Below are positions 17,063 to 20,039 of a stretch of DNA of 20,039 nucleotides, piece after piece (position 1 is the first letter of the stretch; the number at the start of each line of letters is the position of its first letter). The stretch covers positions 1 to 20,039 of the forward strand of contig JAYPVM010000019.1 in assembly GCA_038134595.1 (NCBI GenBank), written 5' to 3'. This DNA comes from Pseudomonadota bacterium (GTDB lineage: Bacteria > Bdellovibrionota_C > UBA2361 > OMII01). The notes beneath the pieces are model-generated. The model had not been told where the DNA came from and did not search any database. It worked only from the letters and a program-made list of their open reading frames with translations. Both the position numbers and the translations under genes were made by a program.

Positions 17063-18886
17063 ATGGATAGTAAGATCAATTCACTTTTTGCAAGTAGTTG
17101 AACCGTGGTAGCTGACCGAATCACGAGGTCCGGAAATCCATAATAAGGGATGAGGTAAGAGTTGAAATGCGTGTCCTGCCTCACGCCGCCAGGTTTTCAA
17201 GGCTGCAAAGAGAGTCTGGCAGGGCGAGCTAAGTCGCGAAAAATAGCATTTCACCTACACCTCTGCCGTCCCGTCACCGAGGAAGCGGGGTTTAGAAGTC
17301 ATCAGGAGCTGGTTCGAAGGCGTCGTACTCGGGAAGTTCATCGATAGCGTGCGAGGTATCGATGAACTTAGGAATAAGAGGAGGAGCCTGGAAGTCTGGG
17401 ATTCCTTGAGCCTTCATGATGTCTTTGATTGAGTGAGCGTCTTGGATGAAGGCTATGATACGCATCTGAGCTTTGCACTCGGGGCACTCTAGTGGGTCAA
17501 TTTCATAAATGCGCTTTATGCACGCGGCCCAACTGCTTCTACGGAACTCACGGCGATAGTCACTTTCTTGTTCTTCAGGGGGAGGAGGTGCGAGCTTAGC
17601 GCGTTCGCCCCGTCTCCTGCAGGAGTAGCGACCGTAGTATCTCGTTATTGATTCGTAGGTTTTCGGGATATGACACGAGAGTTCCGCTAAAAACTCCAGA
17701 GCGTCAAACTCGTGAGCAGCCCCGTCCTTAGTGGTGTAGGTAACGATGTCATCTTGTATTGAGAGCTTCTCCAAGGATAGTGGAGCGCGCTCGATGTATC
17801 GAGCGACGAACTGTTCGCTCTCTTTGTCGTGGAAGGGGTCACCCAACCAGACGCCGAAGCCGCTATGGTCCTGAGAGAGAATCTGCGCTACGTCATCGTC
17901 AGTGATAAGCTCTTGCTTGTGAAGCTGTGCGAGTACCGTTTCAGCGAAGGCATCCTCGATTGCCTTGAGTTCTAACTCCCCAAACCTGGTGAATACGCCG
18001 TCCTTCCAGTAACCGTCAGCGAATAGTCCGTGAAGGTGGGGATGATAGTTTAGAGCCTCGCCGGCAGTTTGCACGGTGAAGATAGCAGCGAGCTCACGCT
18101 CATCGATACCGAGCACCTGAGAGAGCGCCCCCCAAGCGGCGCGAAAGAGAATAGTGTGTAGCTTACGATCGTACTTAAAGAAGACCCGCAACCGTTTCGG
18201 GATGGTAAAGACGGTATGTCGGTGAGGAACGTCTTCGATGACTTCGCTGTAGATGTGTTCTGCGAACTTTATCGCTCGTTTCGCCCCGCAGGATGGGCAG
18301 ACCCCTCTGCGCTTACAGGAGAATGCGATAAGAAGCGAGTGTTTGCAGCCATCACAGTATACCCGAGCAGCACCGTGAGCGAGGATGCCGCAGTTAAGAT
18401 ATTCGTCGAAGGTTTTTAACACCTCATCCCGTAAGCACCCATAGTGGTGCTGAAATCTGGACTCCCACTGGAACTGTAGGTCGTCTCTGGAGTGGTAGAC
18501 GATCTGATAGAGCACCGAGGCTTCCGGTGTTCGTCTCCTGTAGTGTTGGAGCTTCGCTTTTGTCTTTTCCCACGTGTAGCGCCTGAGCATACAGGCTGGT
18601 TCGGGGAGTCACGGCTGCCGGTTGTGTCTTAAGCTGGAAGAAGTGCGGATGAGGATTCAGATAGGTTAGAGATAGAAACTCTAACAGGGTGGTGCCCCCC
18701 CTCCGAGGATGACGATGACGGTTTCGCTACCAACTACTAGATTTATTGCATTATGCTTCAAGGCTGGAAGACTTAAGGTCTCCTCCTAGAAATAGACTTG
18801 AAGCCTTAAAGGGGAACTTAAGTCGTAGCGATATGCGATTATATTGCTGAGAAAGGACAAGATTGGACATTTTCCTCGAGTCGCTT
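17063..18886 (-). mobile_element. Complete IS91/ISCR-like rolling-circle element, copy C (1824 bp)
   Basis: Both ends are defined by comparison with copies A and B. There are no terminal inverted repeats or target duplication. The downstream end ...CTATCCAT resembles the IS91-family oriIS consensus (..CCTATxCAT). Confidence 0.92.
17292..18590 (-). CDS. IS91-family HUH transposase with N-terminal Zn-binding domain
   Basis: CDGC..SCKRRGVCPSC, HTVFTIP, HUH motif HPHLH, catalytic ARYIERAP, RYYG and C-terminal WAACIKRIYEIDPLECPEC. Confidence 0.95.
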   Translation of the reverse strand: MLRRYTWEKTKAKLQHYRRRTPEASVLYQIVYHSRDDLQFQWESRFQHHYGCLRDEVLKTFDEYLNCGILAHGAARVYCDGCKHSLLIAFSCKRRGVCPSCGAKRAIKFAEHIYSEVIEDVPHRHTVFTIPKRLRVFFKYDRKLHTILFRAAWGALSQVLGIDERELAAIFTVQTAGEALNYHPHLHGLFADGYWKDGVFTRFGELELKAIEDAFAETVLAQLHKQELITDDDVAQILSQDHSGFGVWLGDPFHDKESEQFVARYIERAPLSLEKLSIQDDIVTYTTKDGAAHEFDALEFLAELSCHIPKTYESITRYYGRYSCRRRGERAKLAPPPPEEQESDYRREFRRSSWAACIKRIYEIDPLECPECKAQMRIIAFIQDAHSIKDIMKAQGIPDFQAPPLIPKFIDTSHAIDELPEYDAFEPAPDDF

Positions 18887-18887
18887 A

Positions 18888-19292
18888 CCTGATATTTATC
18901 GCGCTTGCCATCGTCCAGGAACCATTCTCGAAAACGTGGTGCTTGATGAGCAAGGAAATATTGATTTTGATGATTGCTCTTTGGCGGAGAATTGCCGGGC
19001 GAGCTATCCGTTAGAGGCTATTGATCATAGGGTTTTATCGGCGGATGGACCCGTGCCAAATAATATTTTCTTTTTATGTGCCGATGCATTTGGTGTATTA
19101 CCCCCAGTTGCAGAGCTTACTGATGCGCAGGCGATGTATTATTTTCTATCTGGTTACACTGCTAAAGTTGCAGGAACGGAAATTGGAATCAAGGAACCCG
19201 TGGCGACCTTCTCCACCTGTTTTGGTGCCCCGTTTATGCCCCAGCATGCAGTTGTTTATGCCAAATCCATGGAGCGTCAGCACCTATACTGA
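18888..19292 (+). pseudogene. pckA: Phosphoenolpyruvate carboxykinase (ATP), internal fragment truncated at both ends
   Basis: [50 protein letters not shown] and [13 protein letters not shown] are present. Similarity stops after VYAK (~19265). Confidence 0.92.
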
Positions 19293-19419
19293 GGGTTTCT
19301 GGCTACCTCCAGGGGTCTACCCATCGAAACGCATCTGAGGCGCAGCAAAGAGTCAGCCACACTCCAAAGCTGAAGCTAGGGGTTTCCTGCTCGAATTTTG
19401 ATGAGTTCTCCATAGTTCA

Positions 19420-19944
19420 TCAGGAAGCATCGGTCTGCGAAATGGCGCGATTGAACCTTGAACAGGTCACTTCGCACTGTTCTTTGCTGCATCCCTCGGC
19501 AAGGCAAATGGGTTCATTGAAAGGAGGACCTACGGTCAACTCACAACGAAAATAGGGATCGCCATCGCTATCCTGAGTTTCCACCACCCGAGGCAAATCC
19601 GTTAAGTCCGAGAGCTGGTAGGTCCGACGAATGACTTTGTGCGGATAGCGAACCACGATAGCCACAGCTCCTTCTGACAGAACTCTGACCGTTGTGCACG
19701 CCCTGCCGCAAGCAAAACGAATCAGAATGATGACGCCTATCCAAAAAAAAATGAGCACTGCCACCGAGAGCGTTTCAGAGACTCCTACAGGTGAACCATC
19801 GCGTATGACGAGGTATGTCGCTCCCACCACTCCCCCAATCCAAAGTATCGAAAACACCCACTCAAAAATCGCAATTCTGCTACCGAATATCATACAGCCC
19901 CACCTATAAAAACGACAGGCAACAACTGTCCAGTATCTCACCAA
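19420..19944 (-). CDS. Hypothetical membrane protein (two N-terminal TM helices plus a small soluble domain)
   Basis: 174-aa ORF with two hydrophobic stretches followed by ..DSDGDPYF... The start is uncertain and may be the MIFG methionine. Confidence 0.65.
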   Translation of the reverse strand: MVRYWTVVACRFYRWGCMIFGSRIAIFEWVFSILWIGGVVGATYLVIRDGSPVGVSETLSVAVLIFFWIGVIILIRFACGRACTTVRVLSEGAVAIVVRYPHKVIRRTYQLSDLTDLPRVVETQDSDGDPYFRCELTVGPPFNEPICLAEGCSKEQCEVTCSRFNRAISQTDAS

Positions 19945-19985
19945 ATTTCAAAGAAATCTATACTGACTAGCGGCTGATATAGTGC

Positions 19986-20039
19986 AAGTGTAAAGCACAG
20001 ATGCGCATCATCGCTTTCATCCAAGACGCGCACTCAATC
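19986..20039 (+). mobile_element. IS91/ISCR-like element copy D, heavily 5'-truncated, running off the window
   Basis: It translates as KCKAQMRIIAFIQDAHSI, matching the transposase C-terminus of copies B and C. The sequence upstream of ~19981 is unrelated. Confidence 0.85.

Noticed and set aside
18424..18612. 62-aa ORF overlapping the transposase start as an orf121 analogue
   Set aside because: It lies almost wholly inside the transposase in another frame, has no recognisable motif and has no clear RBS.
19265..19274. ATCCAT|GGAG at the 3' breakpoint of pckA', resembling the ori terminus
   Set aside because: Only a 6-bp match with none of the conserved subterminal sequence, so it may be chance.
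300..19909. The many short ORFs in the track that lie antisense to or inside longer genes (e.g. 677-1042, 1891-2184, 5293-5598, 10861-11277, 19021-19338)
   Set aside because: They are shadows of well-supported genes, with no motifs or independent signals.
1..20039. CRISPR array, rRNA, tRNA or integron cassettes
   Set aside because: No regularly spaced repeats, RNA-gene signatures or attC-like sites were seen; the long repeats are all IS-derived.

Overview
The window has two layers. (1) There are four pieces of one IS91/ISCR-like rolling-circle (HUH) element family. Copy A (1-272) is the non-coding upstream end. Copy B (~660-1468, +) is 5'-truncated. Copy C (17063-18886, -) is complete at 1824 bp, and A matches its 18615-18886. 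Copy D (19986-end, +) is the start of another 5'-truncated copy. All four terminal junctions visible here cut a host gene (RDD protein, lysS, an unknown gene, pckA), and the missing halves are absent from the window. (2) Between the origin-type ends of B and C lies a ~15.6-kb block with every gene on the minus strand. In transcription order it encodes a canonical short ProRS, a secreted/outer-membrane protein, a NitT/TauT-type ABC transporter, an HD-like protein, a Thr-type sulfatase-fold enzyme, an EboD-like sugar-phosphate cyclase, a GT4 glycosyltransferase, a PIG-L deacetylase, a CmcH/NodU carbamoyltransferase, a strongly remodelled ProRS paralog and a truncated LysRS. The best candidate for a new system is this operon. 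Its enzyme logic parallels mycothiol (MshA/MshB/MshC) and aminoglycoside (BtrC/BtrM/BtrD/TobZ) biosynthesis and suggests a carbamoylated, possibly aminoacylated amino-sugar-cyclitol. All family calls come from motif recognition by eye; no searches were run. The window starts and ends inside repeats, so mis-assembly cannot be excluded.
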